Positions 18,656 to 26,233 of a stretch of 64,000 nucleotides of DNA are shown here, in pieces. Each line of letters starts with the position of its first letter. Within the stretch, counting starts at the first letter, position 1. The notes beneath the pieces are model-generated. The model did no database searches, had not been told where the DNA came from, and was given only the letters and a program-made list of their open reading frames with translations. This DNA is from an uncultured Gammaproteobacteria bacterium (GTDB lineage: Bacteria; Patescibacteriota; Microgenomatia; UBA1406; HO2-37-13b). The position numbers were made by a program, and so were the translations under genes. The stretch covers positions 6,123-70,122 of the forward strand of contig CAYPSA010000006.1 of assembly GCA_964413645.1 (NCBI GenBank), in the 5' to 3' direction.

Positions 18656-20128
18656 ATGTCTGCAAAAAAGATAATAATTATTGGAAGTGGTTTTGGCGGA
18701 TTGTGCAGTGCAGTACTTTTGGCAAAGCAAGGCCATCATGTTACGGTACTCGAGAAAAATGCACGATTAGGTGGCAGAGCCATGACATTTGATCAAAAGG
18801 GATACCATTTCGATATGGGTCCTTCATGGTATTTAATGCCCGAAGTATTTGAAGATTATTTCAAATTATTCGGAAAAGATATTACGCAATATATCAAGTT
18901 ACATCCCCTTGATCCGATGTATCGAATGTTTTTCTCTCCAAACGATCATGTCGATATTGTGCGAAGTTTAGACAAAAATTTGAAATTGTTTGAATCATTT
19001 GAGAAAGGAGCGGGAGCATCGATAAAAGCATACCTTGATGAGTCTAAAGTGCAATATGAAATTGCGATGAAACACTTTTTGTACACTGAATTTCGAACAA
19101 TCTTTGATTTTCTAAAACCCCAGTTATTCACCGTTGGAAAAAAAGTACCGGTGCTTAAGAATCTTCAAGATCATATCGCTTCATATACTAAAGATCCTCG
19201 TTTACAAAAGATTTTAGGTTACACAATGGTCTTTTTGGGAGGTGCGCCGAGTAATACGCCCGCACTTTATTCCCTTATGTCGCACGTAGATTACAATTTG
19301 GGGGTATTTTATCCAATGGGTGGATTCGGAGCACTAGTCGATGCATTTGTAAAGCTTGGGAAAGAATATGGTGTTCGCTATATCGCCTCACATCCGGTTA
19401 TAAAAATTGAAACGGAACGTGGAAAAGCAACTACGGTTAAGACTACAAAAAAGAACTTTTCTGCAGATATTGTTCTTGCGAATGCTGACTATCAACACGT
19501 GGAATCTAAACTGCTTGATGAACACGATAGAACATATAACAAATCATATTGGGAATCGAAAACAATGGCGCCATCAGCATTTATTATTCATCTTGGCATG
19601 AAGGAGCGAGTTCCAAATCTTCAACATCATAATCTCATATTAACGCAAGATTGGCAGAAACATTTTGATGCAATATTTGACAAGCCTAAGTGGCCTCAAA
19701 AACCATCTTATTACGTGTGTTGTCCAACAAAAACAGATACAACTATAGCACCTAAAAATTGTGATGAATTATTTATTCTTGTGCCTGTAGCGGCAGGATT
19801 AAAAGACACTCCACTACAACGAAAAAAATACTATGAAAAAATTATGGACGATCTTGAGCTCCACATAAAGTATCCACTTCGTAAACATATTGCTTACAAG
19901 AGAATGTATGCTCATAATGATTTTAGTGCAGATTATAATGCATATAAAGGAACCGCTTTAGGTCTTGCACATACACTTTCGCAAACAGCCATTTTACGCC
20001 CTGCAATGAAGAGTAAGAAAGTGTCTAATTTATATTATGTAGGACAGTACACACAGCCCGGAATTGGTGTTCCAATTGCTGTTATTTCTGCACAACTCGT
20101 TGCAAAGAGAATTTATGAAGACAATTAA
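18656..20128 (+). CDS. crtI: Phytoene desaturase-family FAD oxidoreductase
   Basis: N-terminal FAD fold IIIIGSGFGGLCSAVLLAKQGHHVTVLEKNARLGGRA and C-terminal YYVGQYTQPGIGVP. Start set to ATG 18656 because TGcTATACT lies 5 nt upstream. Confidence 0.8.
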   Translation: MSAKKIIIIGSGFGGLCSAVLLAKQGHHVTVLEKNARLGGRAMTFDQKGYHFDMGPSWYLMPEVFEDYFKLFGKDITQYIKLHPLDPMYRMFFSPNDHVDIVRSLDKNLKLFESFEKGAGASIKAYLDESKVQYEIAMKHFLYTEFRTIFDFLKPQLFTVGKKVPVLKNLQDHIASYTKDPRLQKILGYTMVFLGGAPSNTPALYSLMSHVDYNLGVFYPMGGFGALVDAFVKLGKEYGVRYIASHPVIKIETERGKATTVKTTKKNFSADIVLANADYQHVESKLLDEHDRTYNKSYWESKTMAPSAFIIHLGMKERVPNLQHHNLILTQDWQKHFDAIFDKPKWPQKPSYYVCCPTKTDTTIAPKNCDELFILVPVAAGLKDTPLQRKKYYEKIMDDLELHIKYPLRKHIAYKRMYAHNDFSADYNAYKGTALGLAHTLSQTAILRPAMKSKKVSNLYYVGQYTQPGIGVPIAVISAQLVAKRIYEDN

Positions 20129-20942
20129 TTCGACTGAAGAAAAAAGAAAGATTTTTAAACGGTCGAGCACGACTTACTATTATTCAAGTTTATTTTTTAC
20201 GGGTCAAACAAAAGAAGATGTTTTTACCTTATATGCATTTGTGCGATATGCAGATAATTTAGTCGATGCAATTCCTCCGAAAAAAAATGAGTTCTTTGAT
20301 TTTTGTAAAAATGTGCAACGCGCATATAAAGGAGAAGTAATTGGAGATCATATTATTGATGATTTTATTGAACTATCGAAAAGAAAGAAGTTTGAGCAAG
20401 CTTGGACGTCTGCATTTTTAGATTCTATGAAGGCAGATTTGACCAAGCATACATATCATACATACGAAGAATTGCAGAAATATATGTATGGATCTGCTAA
20501 TGTGATTGGTTTGTTTATGTGCGCAATTTTTGATACAGGCGCACGTGCATTGCCAAATGCCCAAGCACAAGGAGAAGCAATGCAATTTATAAACTTTATT
20601 CGCGATATTGATGAGGATTTCAAATTGGGCCGGCAGTATATTCCTACACACGACGTTAAAAAATTCCATACGCATATTCCACCAAAACCTAGCGAAGAGG
20701 AAGCATTTCGTTCACTTGTGCGAAATCAGATTGATAAATATAGAAAAGTTCAGCAGTATGCAAGGAAAGGGCATAAATATATAGATCGCCGTTTTAGGAT
20801 AATGGTAAAAACTTCAGCCGACATGTATGAATGGACTGCAGACCAAATTTATAAAGATCCCATGGTTGTATTCCAGAAAAAAATAAAACCTGCAAAATGG
20901 TATGTGATTGCAACTGTTATAAAGCACGCTCTCTTTTCTTAA
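20115..20942 (+). CDS. crtB: Phytoene/squalene synthase-family enzyme
   Basis: The two Asp-rich motifs are YAFVRYADNLVD and FIRDIDEDFKLGRQYIP. ATG 20115 overlaps the crtI end by 14 nt. Confidence 0.8.
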   Translation: MKTINSTEEKRKIFKRSSTTYYYSSLFFTGQTKEDVFTLYAFVRYADNLVDAIPPKKNEFFDFCKNVQRAYKGEVIGDHIIDDFIELSKRKKFEQAWTSAFLDSMKADLTKHTYHTYEELQKYMYGSANVIGLFMCAIFDTGARALPNAQAQGEAMQFINFIRDIDEDFKLGRQYIPTHDVKKFHTHIPPKPSEEEAFRSLVRNQIDKYRKVQQYARKGHKYIDRRFRIMVKTSADMYEWTADQIYKDPMVVFQKKIKPAKWYVIATVIKHALFS

Positions 20943-20946
20943 GAGT

Positions 20947-21795
20947 ATGTCGATAGACAAACTGCTGTTTATTACCAAAGTTTCTCGTCCACGATTTTGG
21001 CTGTATTTGGCAGGACCATATTTACTTGGTTCCGTAGCATTTTCTACATTAGAGCGTTCTCTTGCGGAATGGGTCTTATTATTCTATGGTTTTATTTTCT
21101 TTTTAATTCCAGCAAACATTTTTCTATATGGTTTAAATGATTTCTTTGATTTTGATACTGATCAATTTAATAAGAAAAAAACCGATAAGGAATCGTTACT
21201 GCGCGGTGCTTCTAATCGAATACTGGTTTCACGACTCGTTGGTTTCAGTTTTATCTTATCATTGCCATTGTTTTATTATTTGGATTTTTATGGAAGGGTT
21301 TTGCTTGGATTGTTTTTATTTCTTTCGTTTTCATATAGTGCTCCCCCTTTGCGATTCAAGTCGAAAGTAATCTTCGATAGTCTTTCAAACATCTTGTATA
21401 TACTTCCCGGATTAATCGCTTATATGTTTACTTCACAACTTTTTCCTTCGATGCAAATTATTCTTGCAGGCTTTCTATGGGCAATAGCAATGCATTTATT
21501 TTCTGCAATACCAGACATAGTTCCCGATAAGAAAGCAGGCATTCAAACGAGCGCAGTTTTTTTTGGGAAAGAAAAGTCACTATTTATTTGCTCTGTTTTA
21601 TGGTCTTTGGTAGGAGTATGTTTGCTCCCAAATATGGTTTTTTTCTTCATTGGACTGTTGTACGCTAGTATTCCGCTAGTTCTTCTAATTCGAGGAGCTT
21701 CAAGTTATGAACTGGAAAAAACATATTGGAGATTCCCATATATTAATGGTTTACTAGGCTTTCTTACTTTTATATATATGTTTTACAAAGCATGA
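20947..21795 (+). CDS. UbiA-family prenyltransferase (lycopene-elongase-like by context)
   Basis: About 8 TM helices and an NDxxDxxxD motif (LNDFFDFDTDQ). It sits between crtB and a glycosyltransferase gene. Confidence 0.7.
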   Translation: MSIDKLLFITKVSRPRFWLYLAGPYLLGSVAFSTLERSLAEWVLLFYGFIFFLIPANIFLYGLNDFFDFDTDQFNKKKTDKESLLRGASNRILVSRLVGFSFILSLPLFYYLDFYGRVLLGLFLFLSFSYSAPPLRFKSKVIFDSLSNILYILPGLIAYMFTSQLFPSMQIILAGFLWAIAMHLFSAIPDIVPDKKAGIQTSAVFFGKEKSLFICSVLWSLVGVCLLPNMVFFFIGLLYASIPLVLLIRGASSYELEKTYWRFPYINGLLGFLTFIYMFYKA

Positions 21796-22514
21796 AAGTT
21801 TCGATCATAATACCAACATTAAATGAGGAGTTGTATATTGGCACGCTCCTTGCATCAATACAAGCACAGTCGTATATGGTCGATGAAGTATTTGTAGTTG
21901 ATGGAGGATCAGTTGATACAACAAAAAAGATTGTGAGTTCTTTTAAAAACGTCCACTTTGTTATTGCTAATCAACCTGTAGGAAACCAACGTACTGCAGG
22001 AGGAAAAAATGCCTCGGGAGATTTACTTATTTTTTTGGATGCAGATGTGAAATTAGAGAAGAACTTTGTGACCGATGTGCTTGCTGAGATGAAAGATAGA
22101 TCTCTTGACGTGGCTTGTCCGAAATATTTACCTTATCCGGGTAGCGTACTTATTAATGCATTTTACTTTTTGTTCAACTCATTATTTTTACTTGTTCAAA
22201 GTTCAGTACATTCTGGTGCAGGATCATGTATTTGTGTAAGAAAGGATTTGTTTAGACGAATAGGCGGCTTCGACGCAAATATGCATTTTGATGACATAGT
22301 ATTTATCCGTAAAGCAGGAAAACTTGGTAAGTATGGAATTTTATCTTCGGCCGTAAATGTTTCTGATAGGCGATTTCGTAAATATGGAATTCTTCAAACA
22401 TGTTTGACGTATGTTTTATTGTCTATTCTATTTACATTTGGATTATATCGATACGCGAATTCTATTCCTTATGTGTTTGGTGCATTTAACGTATTTAACA
22501 AAAAAAAGGTATAA
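21792..22514 (+). CDS. Family-2 glycosyltransferase
   Basis: VSIIIPTLNEE and VVDGGSVDTT motifs, with FLDADV as the DxD. Overlaps the upstream gene by 4 nt. Confidence 0.75.
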   Translation: MKVSIIIPTLNEELYIGTLLASIQAQSYMVDEVFVVDGGSVDTTKKIVSSFKNVHFVIANQPVGNQRTAGGKNASGDLLIFLDADVKLEKNFVTDVLAEMKDRSLDVACPKYLPYPGSVLINAFYFLFNSLFLLVQSSVHSGAGSCICVRKDLFRRIGGFDANMHFDDIVFIRKAGKLGKYGILSSAVNVSDRRFRKYGILQTCLTYVLLSILFTFGLYRYANSIPYVFGAFNVFNKKKV

Positions 22515-22521
22515 TCTAACA

Positions 22522-23580
22522 ATGAAAAATCTACTATTGTATAGTACTCAAAAAAAAGAACTGCTCAAATCGTTTATGCAGTTATTTTTCCAAGAACAAA
22601 AGAAGTATTCGTCTGGTGAACAATCAAGAAAAGCACTTGAACGTTTAGAAGAATTTGCTCTTCAAGGAAAAATGCTTCGTGGCACGTTCGTACTTCTTTC
22701 CAATGAAATGTATGGTGGTGAAGTTTCACAAGATGCTTTGTCGATAGCAAGTGCTGTGGAATTGACTCATGCCATACTTCTTATTCATGACGATATTATG
22801 GATAATGATGAAAAGCGCAGAAATGCTCCTTCAATGTTCGCTCAATACGCTTCAGATGCTCGAATACAAAAGCTTACAAGTCCAGATGTATATGGAAAAT
22901 CTGTTGCTATGATAGTCGGTGACGTAGGTCTTTTACTGGCTTTTGAGCTTTTATCTAATCTTAACGCAACTCAAAATGTTTCAAATAAAATTCGTCAAAG
23001 TTTTTCACAGGAAATGGTGCAAGTTGCATATGGACAATTGATGGATTTTGATTTTGGTCAGATAGCCGAGATGAGAAGTGAAAAAGACATTGAGAATATG
23101 TATAAACTTAAAACAGGGGGCTATACTTTTACTCTCCCTTTCAAATTCGGCGCGTTACTTTCGAATGTAACTGATGAAGAGCAAATGAAACTTGATAAAT
23201 TAACTCAGCTATTGGGAATAACATTTCAGCTTAAGGATGACGAGTTGGGGATAATGGGAGAGAGTGATGTTACAGGGAAAAGTATTGGCTCAGATGTTCG
23301 AGAAGGTAAAAAGACATTATTGTGGGTACGGCTCTATGCCGCGTGTACTGATAGTGAAAAGAACCTATTGAGTTCATATTTAGGAGAAGAAATAAATACT
23401 GAGCAAATCAATGAAATACGATCGCTGTTACAGAAATATAAGGTACTAGTAAGAATCCAAGATGAAATAAATGACGCTTCTATTCGTGCGAATTCAATCG
23501 TTGACTTATTATCGGTAGATGTTAAATATAAAGTGATTCTGAAGGAATTGATAGAGTACAACGCACATCGCAACTCGTAA
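22522..23580 (+). CDS. Polyprenyl (geranylgeranyl/farnesyl) diphosphate synthase family
   Basis: The first Asp-rich motif is LLIHDDIMDNDEKRR. The second-motif region is FQLKDDELG followed by GKSIGSDVREGKKT. Start set to ATG 22522 because TATAAT lies 6 nt upstream. Confidence 0.8.
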   Translation: MKNLLLYSTQKKELLKSFMQLFFQEQKKYSSGEQSRKALERLEEFALQGKMLRGTFVLLSNEMYGGEVSQDALSIASAVELTHAILLIHDDIMDNDEKRRNAPSMFAQYASDARIQKLTSPDVYGKSVAMIVGDVGLLLAFELLSNLNATQNVSNKIRQSFSQEMVQVAYGQLMDFDFGQIAEMRSEKDIENMYKLKTGGYTFTLPFKFGALLSNVTDEEQMKLDKLTQLLGITFQLKDDELGIMGESDVTGKSIGSDVREGKKTLLWVRLYAACTDSEKNLLSSYLGEEINTEQINEIRSLLQKYKVLVRIQDEINDASIRANSIVDLLSVDVKYKVILKELIEYNAHRNS

Positions 23581-23622
23581 GTGTCTCGGAATGGAAATGT
23601 CACATTGTTTTTAAATAACCAT

Positions 23623-24201
23623 ATGCAAATTGAATTTGAAGCAACGTTCACAAACATCGATAAGGATGTAATGCGAAAAAAACTTTCTTTAGTTGGAGCT
23701 ACTCTGGTGAGAGCAGAATATTTACAAAAGAGAATTGTTTTTGAACTTCCACCAGGTCATGAAATTCCCGGAGGGTGGTTGAGAGTACGTGATGAAGGTG
23801 ACAAGATTACTATGAGTTTGAAAGTGGTGAGTGGAAACAGGATTGAAGATCAAAAAGAAGTATGCTTAACCGTCGACAATTTTGATGAAGCAGTATTATT
23901 CTTGAAATCAATTGGTTGTGTCCAAAAAGCGTACCAAGAAAGTAGGCGCGAATTATGGGTGCTTGATGATGTGGAAATTACGATCGATGAGTGGCCATTT
24001 TTGGAACCGTTCGTTGAGGTAGAAGGGAAGTCGAAAGAAGTGGTTAAAAGTGTTTCACAAAAGCTTGGATTTGATTACTCAAAAGCACTTTTTTGCGCTG
24101 TAACGAAGTTATATAGCGACAAATATGGAATTCCCATGAACGTAATAAATGATCATACTGAGAAGATTGTTTTTGGAGGAGAAAACCCATTTAAGATTTG
24201 A
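23623..24201 (+). CDS. CYTH-like domain protein (weak call)
   Basis: Starts MQIEFEATF, an ExExK-like motif with Thr in place of Lys. About 190 aa. The track start 23581 is a GTG. Confidence 0.4.
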   Translation: MQIEFEATFTNIDKDVMRKKLSLVGATLVRAEYLQKRIVFELPPGHEIPGGWLRVRDEGDKITMSLKVVSGNRIEDQKEVCLTVDNFDEAVLFLKSIGCVQKAYQESRRELWVLDDVEITIDEWPFLEPFVEVEGKSKEVVKSVSQKLGFDYSKALFCAVTKLYSDKYGIPMNVINDHTEKIVFGGENPFKI

Positions 24202-24209
24202 TCTATTAT

Positions 24210-24764
24210 TTACGGTCGGGGAGCAACTCTACGTATATCGTCACTAATACATCGAGGATCATTCGTTGGATTTTTTGGGTCGCAGCACATAAAATAGCTA
24301 CCGCCTGAAAGTCGTACTACGTGTTTGCATTCCACTCCATAGCCACATGCAACTGCTACAGAAGCGTCGGGTAATCTTCTGTTAGCCCGTACCGTTGATC
24401 GTTGGTCACAGTAATCAAATTCTTTTGCTTGACCCAAAGGAACTACACAATCTCGCTTTGCTTTTTCACCGATTATGCAATTGGTACCATATCCGCAAAG
24501 ACAAAGTCCTTTTTTATCAGTTGACTTGGTTTTCGTACATGTTGTTCCTGTAGCACAGTCTTTGTCGGAAGAACAGCTTAGGTTGCATCCATTGGCAGTT
24601 TTTTTTGCAGCCGATGATGGAAGCGTAACTTGTGAAGTTAATACAGCTGATGAAACTAAGTAAGCAAGAATAAGAAGGACTCCAATGGTTAATACAGGTA
24701 AAATCATTGGATTAAATCTACTTCGATAGGTGTATGTCTTTAGTTTCGATCGTGATTTACTCAT
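24210..24764 (-). CDS. Cys-rich membrane-anchored extracytoplasmic protein
   Basis: N-terminal TM helix (ILPVLTIGVLLILAYLVSSAV) followed by a ~130-aa domain with many Cys. TATAAT lies 10 nt upstream of the ATG. Confidence 0.65.
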   Translation of the reverse strand: MSKSRSKLKTYTYRSRFNPMILPVLTIGVLLILAYLVSSAVLTSQVTLPSSAAKKTANGCNLSCSSDKDCATGTTCTKTKSTDKKGLCLCGYGTNCIIGEKAKRDCVVPLGQAKEFDYCDQRSTVRANRRLPDASVAVACGYGVECKHVVRLSGGSYFMCCDPKNPTNDPRCISDDIRRVAPRP

Positions 24765-24871
24765 ATATAGTTTGATTATACGAGGATTCGAAATTAAATG
24801 TCAAGCATTATCTTCGACCTTATTTATAGTAACAACTTGCAAATTGATGGAGTGAAGATTAGAATAACCCC

Positions 24872-25357
24872 ATGAGCGAAAAAGAATCAGATTCATCTAA
24901 AAGCGTATCAACGTTCCAACGTCTTCGTGCAAGCCACAATTTCCGTTTAGGTCTAATTTTGGTCCTCATGGCGATCACGGCGATTCTGTTTTACTTCTGG
25001 GAAAAGGGTCGTATACTACTAGTTGTGGCGTTTATAGCTCTTTTGGCTGCCTTTGGACTTGAAGTAGGAAAAACGGATTATGATTTAGGAAAACTGTGGG
25101 ATACAAAATCGTTGCAAGAATCTAAAGTTTCTCGTGATGAATCTGGAAATATTCTATTTGATAAGCTTGGAAATATTACCACCGATAGCTCTAAAGGTAA
25201 AGCTGCCGATGAGTATAATTGCGCTGATTTTGAAACACGTCCGGAAGCACAATCTTTCTACTTGAAAGTCGGGGGTTCAAAAAATGATGTAAATCGACTC
25301 GATGGTAATAAAGATGGACAAGCCTGCGAAAGTCTTCCCCAGGGATCAAAAAATTAA
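24872..25357 (+). CDS. Membrane protein with a C-terminal Excalibur calcium-binding domain
   Basis: CADFETRPEAQSFY...NRLDGNKDGQACE is the Excalibur signature. TAGAAT lies 6 nt upstream of the ATG. Confidence 0.75.
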   Translation: MSEKESDSSKSVSTFQRLRASHNFRLGLILVLMAITAILFYFWEKGRILLVVAFIALLAAFGLEVGKTDYDLGKLWDTKSLQESKVSRDESGNILFDKLGNITTDSSKGKAADEYNCADFETRPEAQSFYLKVGGSKNDVNRLDGNKDGQACESLPQGSKN

Positions 25358-25402
25358 TTAGCTTCAGGAAAAGGAACTTGGAGATTAGATGTATAATAAG
25401 AT

Positions 25403-25510
25403 ATGTCAGAAAAAGATAAATCAAAGTTTCTATGGGTTGAAAAGGATACGTGGAAAAAAGTAGGAATCGGAGCGCTTGCTATTGGCGTGCTTGGAATGGT
25501 CTTACTTTAA
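25403..25510 (+). CDS. 35-aa single-TM micro-protein (below the ORF-track size cutoff)
   Basis: MSEKDKSKFLWVEKDTWKKVGIGALAIGVLGMVLL. TATAAT (25392-25397) lies 5 nt upstream of the ATG, the promoter geometry seen at many genes here. Confidence 0.4.
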   Translation: MSEKDKSKFLWVEKDTWKKVGIGALAIGVLGMVLL

Positions 25511-25540
25511 GGAAAGAAACTGCAATGATATACTCTTAGT

Positions 25541-26116
25541 ATGACGGGTCGAACACATGATTTATTTGCTTTTACTGCGCTATCGGTACTTGTTGCTACA
25601 AATCCTGTTCCTAGCATGACGCTTGCTACGGCAATAACTGCACTTTCGGCTTGTTTTATTGGTGGACTTGCACCCGATATTGATCAGCCAACGGCTGATT
25701 TGTGGGGACGGTTACCTGCTGGTAATGTTATTGGGCGTGTTTTTACACCTTTTTTAGGAGGACATCGGTGGATTTCACATTCACTAATAGGGGTTGGACT
25801 ATTTGCAATTATCACGAAAATGCTTCTAAATTTATTAGGAACATTTGTATTAGTTGATATGCACATTGTTTGGCAGGCGTTTATGATAGGCTTCATTTCT
25901 CATTTACTAATCGATATGATTACAAAAGAAGGTATTGCATGGCTTTTTCCGCTACCTATTCATTTCGGCTTTCCTCCGTTGCGGTTTATGCGAATTCAGT
26001 CGAGTGGAATGGTTGAAAAAACAATTATTTTCCCCGGTCTACTGTTTTTTAATGTATTCTGGTATTCGAGTCATTATAAATCGTTTTACGCAATTGTCCG
26101 ATCGTTTGTGAAGTAA
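25541..26116 (+). CDS. Membrane-bound metal-dependent hydrolase (YdjM/DUF457-like)
   Basis: MTGRTHD...APDIDQP...SH..D pattern plus TM helices. TATACT lies 6 nt upstream of the ATG. Confidence 0.65.
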   Translation: MTGRTHDLFAFTALSVLVATNPVPSMTLATAITALSACFIGGLAPDIDQPTADLWGRLPAGNVIGRVFTPFLGGHRWISHSLIGVGLFAIITKMLLNLLGTFVLVDMHIVWQAFMIGFISHLLIDMITKEGIAWLFPLPIHFGFPPLRFMRIQSSGMVEKTIIFPGLLFFNVFWYSSHYKSFYAIVRSFVK

Positions 26117-26121
26117 TGTGG

Positions 26122-26173
26122 CAACCTAAGAGGTTGACCGTGCCTGTCCAACCTAAGAGGTTGACCGTGCCTG
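26122..26173. repeat. Tandem pair (27-nt period) of the unit CAACCTAAGAGGTTG-ACCGTGCCTG
   Basis: Exact 25-nt copies at 26122-26146 and 26149-26173. The core is a 6-3-6 palindrome. Intergenic, upstream of typA. Confidence 0.9.
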
Positions 26174-26233
26174 GTCGTTTTCTACACATCTATCGGCTTA
26201 AATCTGATATAATTGGTACTTCTTTGTAATATT

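Noticed and set aside
26122-26173. The tandem 27-nt repeat was considered as a possible miniature CRISPR array.
   Set aside because: There are only two units, with no unique spacer between them (a 2-nt gap), and no cas genes in the window. The core is a 6-3-6 palindrome, better explained as an operator or REP-like element.
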